Shown here piece by piece: positions 56,031 through 64,000 of a DNA stretch of 64,000 nucleotides (position 1 is its first letter; each line of letters begins with the position of its first letter). The stretch is from the human T2T-CHM13v2.0 reference genome, Homo sapiens. Below the pieces are notes generated by a model that was not told the DNA's origin, did not search any database, and saw only the letters and a program-made list of their open reading frames with translations. The position numbers and the translations under genes are program-made. The stretch lies in NCBI GenBank assembly GCA_009914755.4, contig CP068257.2:41248001-41312000 (forward strand). Reading direction: 5' to 3'.

Positions 56031-56166
56031 AGGAGCAAAACTCGTGCAAGTGGAGATTCTCTGGGCCAAGTTTATGGACTGCAAGCCAGGAGCACTGACT
56101 CAAATGGCCCCGAATATCCATGCTGTGATTAGCTGCAGTTACAAGTGGCATTTTGTTGTTTTGTTT

Positions 56167-56520
56167 TTGTTTTTTTGAGAAGGGGTCTCACTCTGTCCCG
56201 GCTGGAGCTCAGTGATATTTTGTTGTTTTTCTTTTTTTGAGAAGGGGTCTCAGTCTGTCACCCAGGATGGAGTGCAGTGGCTCGATCTCGTCTCATTGCA
56301 AGCTCCGCCTCCTGGGTTCAGGCGATTCTCCCACCTCAGCCTCCAGAGTAGCTAGGACTTCAGGCGTGCACCACTATGCCCAGCTTTTTAAAAAATTTTT
56401 TGTAGAGATGGGGTTTCACCATGTTACCCAGGCTGCTCTCGAACTCCTGGACTCAAGCAATCTGCCTGCCTCAGACTCCCAAAGTGCTGGGATTACAAGC
56501 GTGATCCACTACTCCAGGCC
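56167..56520 (-). mobile_element. Alu (reverse, 56228-56520) with a ~50-bp tandem duplication of its poly(T)-proximal end (56167-56227)
   Basis: gttttgtttttgtttttttgagaaggggtctcactctgtcccggctggagctcagtgat | attttgttgtttttctttttttgagaaggggtctcagtctgtcacccaggatggagtgcagtggctcgatctcgtctc...gattacaagcgtgatccactactccaggcc. Confidence 0.85.
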
Positions 56521-56547
56521 TAAAAGTGGGTTTGGTTTAGTTTGTTT

Positions 56548-56855
56548 GTTTTTTTTGAGACAGAGTCTCGCTCTGTGGCACAGGTTGGAGCGCAGTGGCT
56601 CAATCTCGGCTCACTGCAACCTCCGCCTCCCTGGGTGTTTTGTATTCTTAGTAGAGACAGGGTTTCACTATGTTGGTCAGGCTGGTCTCAAACTCCTGAC
56701 CTTGTGATCCATCTGCCTCAGCCTCCCAAAGTACTGGGATTACAGGCATGAGCCACCGTGCCCAGCCTAGTTTTGTTTTCTTGAGACAGCGTCTCAGTGG
56801 TGTGACCTCTGCTCACTGCAGCCTCTGGCTCCTGAGCTTAAGTGATCCTCCCATG
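56548..56855 (-). mobile_element. Alu (reverse, internally deleted, 56548-56768) plus adjacent reverse Alu fragment (56770-56855) abutting the ERV LTR
   Basis: ttttttttgagacagagtctcgctctgtggcacaggttggagcgcagtggctcaatctcggctcactgcaacctccgcctccctgggtgttttgtattcttagtagagacagggtttcac...gattacaggcatgagccaccgtgcccagcc; then tagttttgttttcttgagacagcgtctcagtggtgtgacctctgctcactgcagcctctggctcctgagcttaagtgatcctccc. Confidence 0.8.
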
Positions 56856-56862
56856 TTGCCCA

Positions 56863-57666
56863 TGTGAAAGAAAAATATTTTGGGCCCCAAAATCACTAAG
56901 GAAAAGTCAAGCTGGACACTGCTTAAGGGAAACCTGCCTCCCATTCTATTCAAAGTCACTCCTCTGCTCACTGAGATAGATGCATATCTCATTGCCTCCT
57001 TTGGAAAGGCTGATCAGAAACTCAAAAGAATGCAGCCTCCAGTGTCTCACCTTTCTGTGCCCAGCAAGCTCCCTCCCCGCTTGGAGTGTTCCTGCCTTTG
57101 CTTCAAGTTGTCCCACCTTTCCAGAAGAACCAAGGTGCTTCTTACATATATTGATTGGTGTCTCATATCTCCCTAAAATGTATAAAACCAAGCTGTGGCC
57201 CAACCACCCTGGGGACATGTCATCAGTGCAAGGCTCTTGCATTGGTTGGAACCCCGAGAGCGCGCCAACAGACAACATGAGGCGGTGTGGAGCAACATGC
57301 TGTTTTAATGAGCGCCTGCATGCAGACAGGCTGAGGCCTAAAATGGCATCAGCCCCAAGTGAGGATGGGGCAGGGGTTTTATAGTCCTCTGTAAACAGGA
57401 ATTGTCCCAGCCTAACGTGACTGCTATGTAGTACCAGGGCGACCTCCCTCTTGATCTTCAGGGGGTACGTGTCTTCCAGCCAGCTCTCTTCCTGCCTCTG
57501 CTATCTTGCTGCTGGTGCAAGTTTGTACCTTGGGACTGGGCCTGAGGAGGAGGAGTTATTCATCCCGCAAGCTTTCAGGCCCCGAGGAGAATCTTCCATT
57601 CCTGTCTATTTGGTTATAGAAAAGGGGAAAGGGACGACTTTCTCAATAACTACTTCAGGCGTGACA
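56863..57666 (-). mobile_element. ERV 3' LTR (boundaries approximate)
   Basis: ~110 bp downstream of the env stop the minus strand reads TGTCACGCCTGAAGTAGTTATTGAG... and ends ...TTTTCTTTCACA next to an Alu fragment; TG...CA termini; the 5' LTR is outside the window so boundaries cannot be cross-checked. Confidence 0.5.
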
Positions 57667-57775
57667 TAGGGGTGGCGTGGGCACCTTGGAAAAAGAAAAA
57701 CTTAATTTTTGGGGTATTCTTGAGAGACGGGTTGGTATCCATCGTGCCGCTGTAGCAGGAGCATCATCTGGATTG

Positions 57776-58210
57776 TCAGGAGGTTAACTGTAGTTTCAAC
57801 AAGAGTTTTAATGGGATACCACAGGGGAGAAACAGGAGGACCCCAGTGATGAAAATGACTGTCCCCACCAGCATTTTAAATCCTCCTAAATTAGAGAACC
57901 ACCCTCCTAGAAGGTTTGCTGGGTCCCATCCCTCCCAGGTTTGGACTGGTACACGGGCTACTTTTCTGATGTTTGAAGCGATTTCCAGAACCTCTTCTCC
58001 ATTATTGCCTATGTTAAGACAGCAATTGGAGATGTTAAACTTACCACAGCCCGCACCCTCTTCTGCTAATAAGTAGTCTAGGGCCAGCCTGTTTTGATAA
58101 ATTGCCGCGCGCATTTGGTTTTGTTGTTGCGCGAGCATTTCTAGGGCTGAGGCAGTTTGGTTAGTGATTATCTCTAGAACAGCTTGTAGTCTAATCGCTC
58201 TATTTGGCAT
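57776..58210 (-). pseudogene. ERV env transmembrane (TM) subunit remnant
   Basis: ORF ...[62 protein letters not shown]...[34 protein letters not shown]: heptad/immunosuppressive-domain-like region, C-x7-CC loop, hydrophobic membrane anchor; not in frame with upstream SU fragments. Confidence 0.75.
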
Positions 58211-58514
58211 ATATATGGGAGTGCGATAACCCCATGAACCATCCTCTGCCCAAGTGGCAGGACCATAGTATTCAATGATCCGTTGCGGGGGCCACTCGTC
58301 CTCTCACAATCTTTGGCTCCCTCCTACCTCCAAGGATCATTTTTCTCTGGTTATCATACACAGGGACTCTGAGGGTGTTGCCCGCCTGCTTCGGAAGTAA
58401 AAAGAATCCAGGTTGAATTGTGCCTAGGAAGCAAGTACCTTGCCAGTGATAAGGTAGCTGTGAGTAAGCCTGGGTTCCCCATATCCACAGGAATCCGTCA
58501 GTGGCAGTCCATTG

Positions 58515-58724
58515 TCAGCTGGTGTTCCTAGGATTGTCGCATAGTACACTTAGGCGGAGGTATGCGGCATAAGGGTTAGTGGTGTTTGTACAGTACCAGG
58601 CCTTTTTTGACAAGACACAATTGAGGTAGCTTAAGTTAGAAGGAGACCAGGCTCCAGGGGGTAACCTTGGCCACCACTCAGCTATGGAGGCATTGACTGT
58701 TAGGGTTTGGTGACGGGTTTTCAC
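58515..58724 (-). pseudogene. ERV env SU internal fragment (out of frame with N-terminal env ORF)
   Basis: ORF with N-glycosylation sequons (NASI, NLSY, NTTN) between the env N-terminal ORF and TM; interrupted by stops/frameshifts. Confidence 0.5.
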
Positions 58725-59008
58725 CTACGGCGCGATGGGTTTTATCAGTCCACTTGCGGGATATGCACACCGTCCCTCATACTGAGTTGGTAAGTGTCCA
58801 GGACTGCGGGCATTCCTGAGGAGTGAAAGTGAGTCTGGGGTTTTGGGATGCCTGTAAGTAAGGGGGAATGTCTATCCCGTCCCACAGCCACTGTTCACTC
58901 ATAAAGCTCCCCCGCATACCCAACAATTGGACACATTCATGGTAAGCACAATGGTTCTCCTAGATCTACAAACAGATTTTTTCCTGGCTTAGGAAGGGAT
59001 GCATCTGC

Positions 59009-59491
59009 TTATAGTTTTTGTATAAAGGAATGGAAATGCCGCGGGCGATTTTCAGGGGGAGTTGTTGGTTTTGAGGCTTTGGCTTTGGCTATAATCTGTT
59101 CTCTCTTTATGTCCTCAAGCACCTGAGTGTTTACTCCCCATTGTCCAATTTTGGTGAAGCAAAGCCACTGCTTCCCTCTGGGGCAAATAGCCCCATTACG
59201 ACTGCCACATACTCCTAGATTCTTTACTTTATAATAACTCTTTCCTGATTCAACACATTCCTCGATTAAGTTTCCATAACAGGATCTTTCTATATGAGTA
59301 TGGTAAGTAAAGTATTGTTGCATCTCCCCTCTGTAGTGCAAAGACTGATAACACTCACGGCAGCTCGGAGGGGCTGCTGTGGACAGCAGGACAGCTACTG
59401 ACAGTATTAGGATCGTGGTGAGGGATATTCCCATATTAAGACTTTTGGTTGGAAGAGAGGTATAGAAAGTGGTTGGGTAGATACAGGCCAT
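59009..59491 (-). CDS. ERVH48-1: Truncated env ORF: signal peptide + N-terminal SU stub, 160 aa (suppressyn-like domesticated env)
   Basis: MACIYPTTFYTSLPTKSLNMGISLTTILILSVAVLLSTAAPPSCRECYQSLHYRGEMQQYFTYHTHIERSCYGNLIEECVESGKSYYKVKNLGVCGSRNGAICPRGKQWLCFTKIGQWGVNTQVLEDIKREQIIAKAKASKPTTPPENRPRHFHSFIQKL*; hydrophobic signal/anchor then Cys-rich SU start, ended by a premature stop where a full env would continue; an in-frame upstream ATG at 59503 adds MLPG; matches my recollection of the 160-aa suppressyn protein on 21q22.3. Confidence 0.65.
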   Translation of the reverse strand: MACIYPTTFYTSLPTKSLNMGISLTTILILSVAVLLSTAAPPSCRECYQSLHYRGEMQQYFTYHTHIERSCYGNLIEECVESGKSYYKVKNLGVCGSRNGAICPRGKQWLCFTKIGQWGVNTQVLEDIKREQIIAKAKASKPTTPPENRPRHFHSFIQKL

Positions 59492-59507
59492 TCCTGGAAG
59501 CACGTGG

Positions 59508-60032
59508 TTAGTCTTCCTTGTGTTTTGGTTTTAAGAAAAAAATGTTGGTTAATTTAAACTTGGTAGGAGAAATTGGCCCAGACAAACACTTAGCTGTTAA
59601 TGTTTTGGAGGAAGAAGCTGCCTTGGGGGTGAGCTTGACCCTGGTGCGATGGATCCAGTTGGGGAGTCCTCGGACTCTCACTGCAGTTGGTGTGCTGAGT
59701 ATCACAGTGTAGGGGCCTGTCCACTTCGGTGGTAGCTTTTTGTGAGGGTCAGGTTGGCCGATAAACACGTCTGTGCCTGCAAGACAGTTATGATGTTGAG
59801 AGGATAAGGAGGTGTCGGCAGGGAGAGGCATGGCCTCACTCACTGCTTCACGAGTGAAAGACCGTGTCTGGATTAAGGAGGGGAGGTAATTCCTGAGTGG
59901 CTCAGAGTCTGTTAAGGGTGGAGGCTCTAAGACAAAAGTTCGGCCATACATGATCTCAAAGGGACTATAAAAAAAGGCTGCCTTTGGTGTTGCCAGAGTC
60001 TCATGAGGGCGAAAGGGAGACTTCTCGTACAC
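59508..60032 (-). pseudogene. ERV pol integrase C-terminal part
   Basis: ORF ...AGTDVFIGQPDPHKKLPPKWTGPYTVILSTPTAVRVRGLPNWIHRTRVKLTPKAASSSK... (typical gamma-retroviral IN C-terminal domain: K.L.P+W.GP..V). Confidence 0.7.
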
Positions 60033-60097
60033 GACTGGCAGATTTCTAGAGTGAGCTTGGTGAGTTGGGCTTTAAGGACAGAGTTGACCTTTTCAAC

Positions 60098-60520
60098 TTA
60101 GCCTGAAGATTGAGGCCGGTAGGGTGTGTGGAGAACCCATTTTATTCCCAAGGATGTAGAGGCGCCTTGGGTGATTTGGCTGATAAAGGCAGGCCCGTTA
60201 TCGGACCGGATGGATGTTGGGAGTCTGAAACAGGGAATTATATGCATGTTGAGAGTTTGTGTGATGATATTTGCACCTTCTGAAGTTGTTGGGAATGCTT
60301 CTACCCACCTGGAGAAAGTACAGACAAAGACTAGAAGATAGTGGAGCCATTTATGGGGCAGCATGTGAATAAGTCTACCTACCAATCCTGCCCGGGTACC
60401 TTGCCCTGGGCTTGGTGGGTAGGAAAAGGCAGTGGCCAGAGGGAACCCTGGGGTGACATTGAGTGGCAGATAGAGCAGGACTGGGTGACCTCTCGAACAC
60501 GGCTGGAAAGATGAGGACAA
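60098..60520 (-). pseudogene. ERV pol integrase catalytic core
   Basis: ORF ...LLVFVCTFSRWVEAFPTTSEGANIITQTLNMHIIPCFRLPTSIRSDNGPAFISQITQGASTSLGIKWVLHTPYRPQSSG (D..SDNGPAF..E DDE-type core); frameshifted relative to RNase H ORF. Confidence 0.8.
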
Positions 60521-60993
60521 ATGAGGATAGGGCAGAGACGTTGCAGGACAGGTTTGTACCCGACATGGAAAGAGTTGTGGAGGCTTTGGAGGACAGGGAT
60601 TGTTTGAGAGTGAGGACAGCGAAGCGCACTTCCTTTGACATACCGTGGTCCTTGTTTTTGAAGGTTTTGGGCTTGGCAGTCCTCCTTTTCTTCTGGGGAG
60701 TAAAGAGGAGAGAACGAGGACAGGGAAAGAAACTGGCCTTGCACGGGTTGTAGGGCCATTTGTTTGGCTACTCTATCTGCTAAAGCATTTCTGGCCAATA
60801 TAGGATTGTCTGGGGTTTGGTGGCCCCTGCAGTGAATGATGGCAAGTTTCTGCGGGAGCCTGGCAACCTGAAGGAGCTTGCTGATGAGAGCATTTATGAC
60901 AGGGGTGTTGTTTGCAGTTAGGAAACCCCCTTCTTTCCAGATGGACAAGTGTGAGTGCACTACGTGGAACACATAATGAGAATCTGAATACAT
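60379..60993 (-). pseudogene. ERV pol RNase H C-terminal part and integrase zinc-finger region
   Basis: ORF ...NALISKLLQVARLPQKLAIIHCRGHQTPDNPILARNALADRVAKQ... (MLV-like AIIHCPGHQ motif) continuing into HH..CC-type IN N-terminus (HLSIWKEGGF.../CSICHSMSPQG). Confidence 0.8.
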
Positions 60994-61015
60994 GTCCAGC
61001 TGCTCGAGTGAGAGC

Positions 61016-61400
61016 TCAAGTGAGGACGATGAGTTCAGCCTTTTGGGAGGTGGTTCCTAGGGGGACCAGATTAGCTTCAATAGTGTGGGTGGGTGACACT
61101 ATAGCATAGCCAGCATGTTGGCATCCTTGATGTAGGAAGGAGCTGCCATCTACAAACCAAGTAAAGGAGGCATCTGGAAGGGGTTGGGCTGTTAGGTGTG
61201 GAAAAGGTAAGAAAAGTTTGAACAGTGTCCACACAGAAGTGTGCAGGGTCTTGGGAGGTAGTGGCTTCAGGTAAGAGTGTGGCCGGGTTTAGACAGGAGC
61301 TGGTTAGCACGGTGATTTGGGGGGTTTCTATGAATAAAGCATACAGTTGGAGGAGCCGTGGGGCAGAGATGAGACTTAGTACGCTGCGGTGAGCTAGCAT
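61016..61400 (-). pseudogene. ERV pol RNase H N-terminal part / connection
   Basis: ORFs with TWFVDGSSFLHQGCQHAGYAIVSPTHTIEANLVPLGTTSQKAELIVLT (RNase H DG..AAVV..SAQ.AEL motif). Confidence 0.7.
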
Positions 61401-62940
61401 GTCTTTGATGCTATGGGCTGACTAAACTGTTAGGTTGGCATCAAGAGATAGTTTTAGGCTTTCAAGGGTGAGGACAGCAGCTGCCACCAGTGCTTGGAAG
61501 CAAGCAGCCCATCCGAGAACTGTGGTTTCGAGCTGTTTAGAGAGGTAGGCAACAACCTGGAGGGCGGGTCCCTTAGACTGGGTTAGAACACGTAGTGCGA
61601 CTCCATGCCGTTCGTCAGGATAGAGGGAGAAAGGTTTGGTGAGGTCTGGGAGGGTGAGGATGGGGACTGGGGTGACAGACTTCTGGAGTAGGCAGAAAGG
61701 TTGGGTAATAGGCTGTGCAGGGTTTAAAGGCTCATGGAGAGGGCCTTTAGCAGCTTGGTATAACAGTTTGGCTAGTAGAGCGAAGGAGGGAACCCAGAGC
61801 CTGAAATATCCCGCTAGTCCTAGAAAAGAGAGAATTTCTTGCTTAGTTTGCGGAGGCGGGAGGGACTGGAAGAGGGATATGTGGTCTGTTATGAGCCCTT
61901 GGGTTCATGGGGTAAGAGCTAGGCCTAGATAGATGACTGAGGGGGTGCATGTTTGCGCTTTTTTAGGGGATACCTGATACCCCCACTCTGCCAGAAGTTT
62001 AAAAGAGAGATAGTATGGGCATTGCAGTCTTTTTGAGAGGGGCTACCCAGGAGCAGATCATCAAGGAGAGTGGACGGTTTTAGGGATAAGGTACAGAGGT
62101 CATGATCAAGGGCCTGTCCAAAAAGGTGGGTGCTGTCTCTAAAACCTTGAGGTAGTAGGCACCAGTGAGCTGATGTGAAAGGCGGGTGCTGTCTCTAAAA
62201 CCTTGAGGTAGTAGGCACCAGTGAGCTGATGTGAAAGGCGGGTGCTGTCTCTAAAACCTTGAGGTAGTAGGCACCAGTGAGCTGATGTGAAAGGTGGGTG
62301 TTGGGGTCTTCCCACATAACAACAAAGAGGTCTTGAGAATCAGGGTGCAAATGAACTGTGGAAAAAAGCATCCTTTAGGTCTAGGACAGAAAAATGGGTG
62401 GTATTGGAGGGAATTTTGGAAAGTAAAGTGTATGGGTTAGGGACTACTGGACATACTGGGAGTACAGTTTGGTTAATGAGCCTGAAGTCCTGGACTAAGT
62501 GGTAAGTTCCATCTGGCTTTTTAACAGGTAGAATTGGTGTGTTTAAAAGGGAGTTTGTTGGGCGGAGGAGGTGACTGGCGAGGAGGCGAGAAATGATAAG
62601 CTATAGGCCTACAAGAGCTGCTTAGGGGATTGGATACTGCTTCTGTGATAGGAACTGGGTGGGGATTTTAAGGGTAATGCAGAAGGGGGTGTGGTGTTTT
62701 GCAACTGAGGGTGTGGAAGTATCTCAAAACAGCGGGGTTAACCACGGATGGGGGATAAGGAAAGGTTGCATGTTTTAGGGTGGGAGGTTGCAGGAGTAGA
62801 AGAAAGTTAGAAGCCCTGGAGGGGTCTGGGTGGATGCGTTGGGTACTAGGGGAACCTGGGAGTGGAGAGTGGTGTGGAGTTTTGAAAGCATGGCTCTGCC
62901 TAGGAGTGGAGTTGGGCATGAGGGCAGGACTAAGAGTGAG
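61400..62940 (-). pseudogene. Degenerate ERV reverse transcriptase / protease region (no long ORFs)
   Basis: Positionally between RNase H and gag on the minus strand; all frames broken; contains a 56-bp triplication. Confidence 0.5.
62125..62292. repeat. 56-bp tandem triplication inside ERV pol
   Basis: ggYgggtgctgtctctaaaaccttgaggtagtaggcaccagtgagctgatgtgaaa x3, period 56 (62125, 62181, 62237). Confidence 0.9.
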
Positions 62941-62948
62941 TGAAGGAA

Positions 62949-63439
<491 letters not shown>

Positions 63440-63448
63440 TTATCAGGG

Positions 63449-63832
63449 TTACCCTTGGCTCAGATGAGGCAATGGTAGTTGCCGGGGTGTCCGTTCCAGG
63501 GCACTGTCAGTCTTCAGCGGCAAGGCCGATGAGATCGAGTAGGTTTTGGCCGGCTCAGGAAGGGATGGAGGCGGTCCTTGCAGGGGCCGCTCACAGTCCG
63601 ACTTCCAGTGGGGTCCTCTGCAGAGGGGGCACGGCCTGGGGGGCTTACCTGGGTTTGGGCATTGCCTGGACCGGTGGCCTTCATTGCCACACTTGAAACA
63701 GACGCCAGGTGCAGGTGGCTTGCTAGGAGGCTCCCGTGTGGAGCTGCGGCCCCATGGGCCTGCAGGGCCTCCCGATGGCGGAGGCAAGCATTCGAAACTC
63801 TGCCTGTTTTTGCCTTTCACTTTCTTCATCAC
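63449..63832 (-). pseudogene. ERV gag nucleocapsid region with two CCHC zinc knuckles
   Basis: ORF ...PAPGVCFKCGNEGHRSRQCPNPGKPPRPCPLCRGPHWKSDCERPLQGPPP... (C-x2-C-x4-H-x4-C then C-x2-C-x3-H-x4-C), Pro-rich tail; gag continues past the window end. Confidence 0.8.
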
Positions 63833-64000
63833 AATTATTAAAGGCTTTGAGGGCTAAATTGAGAAGGTCTCGTTGTGGGGTTTGAGGGCCATCGTCAAGC
63901 TTCTGAAGCTTGAGCTGGATATCAGGGATGGGTTGGGAGATGAACCGAAGGCTTAAGATAGTGGTTCCTTCTGGGCTGGCTGGGTCTAGGTTGGTATATT

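Noticed and set aside
57846-58076. 76-aa plus-strand ORF opposite the env TM region, and other short plus-strand ORFs inside the ERV (59518-59712, 60126-60341, 60463-60753)
   Set aside because: Antisense to well-supported retroviral coding remnants, with no homology signal. They are chance ORFs.

Overview
This window reads as human nuclear genomic DNA, not a prokaryotic or accessory-element locus. It is gene-rich and Alu-dense, with roughly 75 Alu copies or fragments (about one third of the bases), many of them nested one inside another.

Three gene-level units can be reconstructed directly from splice signals, reading-frame phase and the encoded peptides:
- **WDR4 (minus strand)**: the five 5'-most coding exons, at 19866-19778, 17138-17073, 14043-13903, 3948-3792 and 2755-2643. 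Together they encode [69 protein letters not shown]...SVR|TVARRC...LLDV|AVSPDD...GHTE. Exon 1 sits in a CpG island at about 19150-20150.
- **NDUFV3, complex I 10-kDa subunit (plus strand)**: the complete gene, about 13.9 kb away. It starts at a separate CpG-island promoter (33100-34150) and has four coding exons: 33707-33754, 37407-37527, the 1095-bp alternative 'long-isoform' exon 43674-44768, and 49354-49511. An AATAAA lies at 49569.
- **A class-I (gamma-like) endogenous retrovirus (minus strand, 56863 to the window end)**: 3' LTR, degenerate env, integrase, RNase H, a fragmented RT, and gag NC zinc knuckles. Its single well-preserved ORF (59491-59009, 160 aa) is the N-terminal signal peptide plus a truncated SU stub. 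I recognise this as the suppressyn-type domesticated env (ERVH48-1 / HERV-Fb1) that lies beside NDUFV3 on chr21q22.3.

Other content:
- a solo LTR inserted into an Alu in WDR4 intron 2;
- two MaLR (MLT1-like) fragments and an old L1 3' fragment;
- three minisatellites (75-bp, 38-bp and 56-bp units);
- a 380-bp AT-rich microsatellite, (TTTTG)n, and a GA-rich tract.

The gene and ERV family names come from memory of the protein sequences. The exon structures themselves are read from the sequence. No CRISPR arrays or RNA genes were seen.
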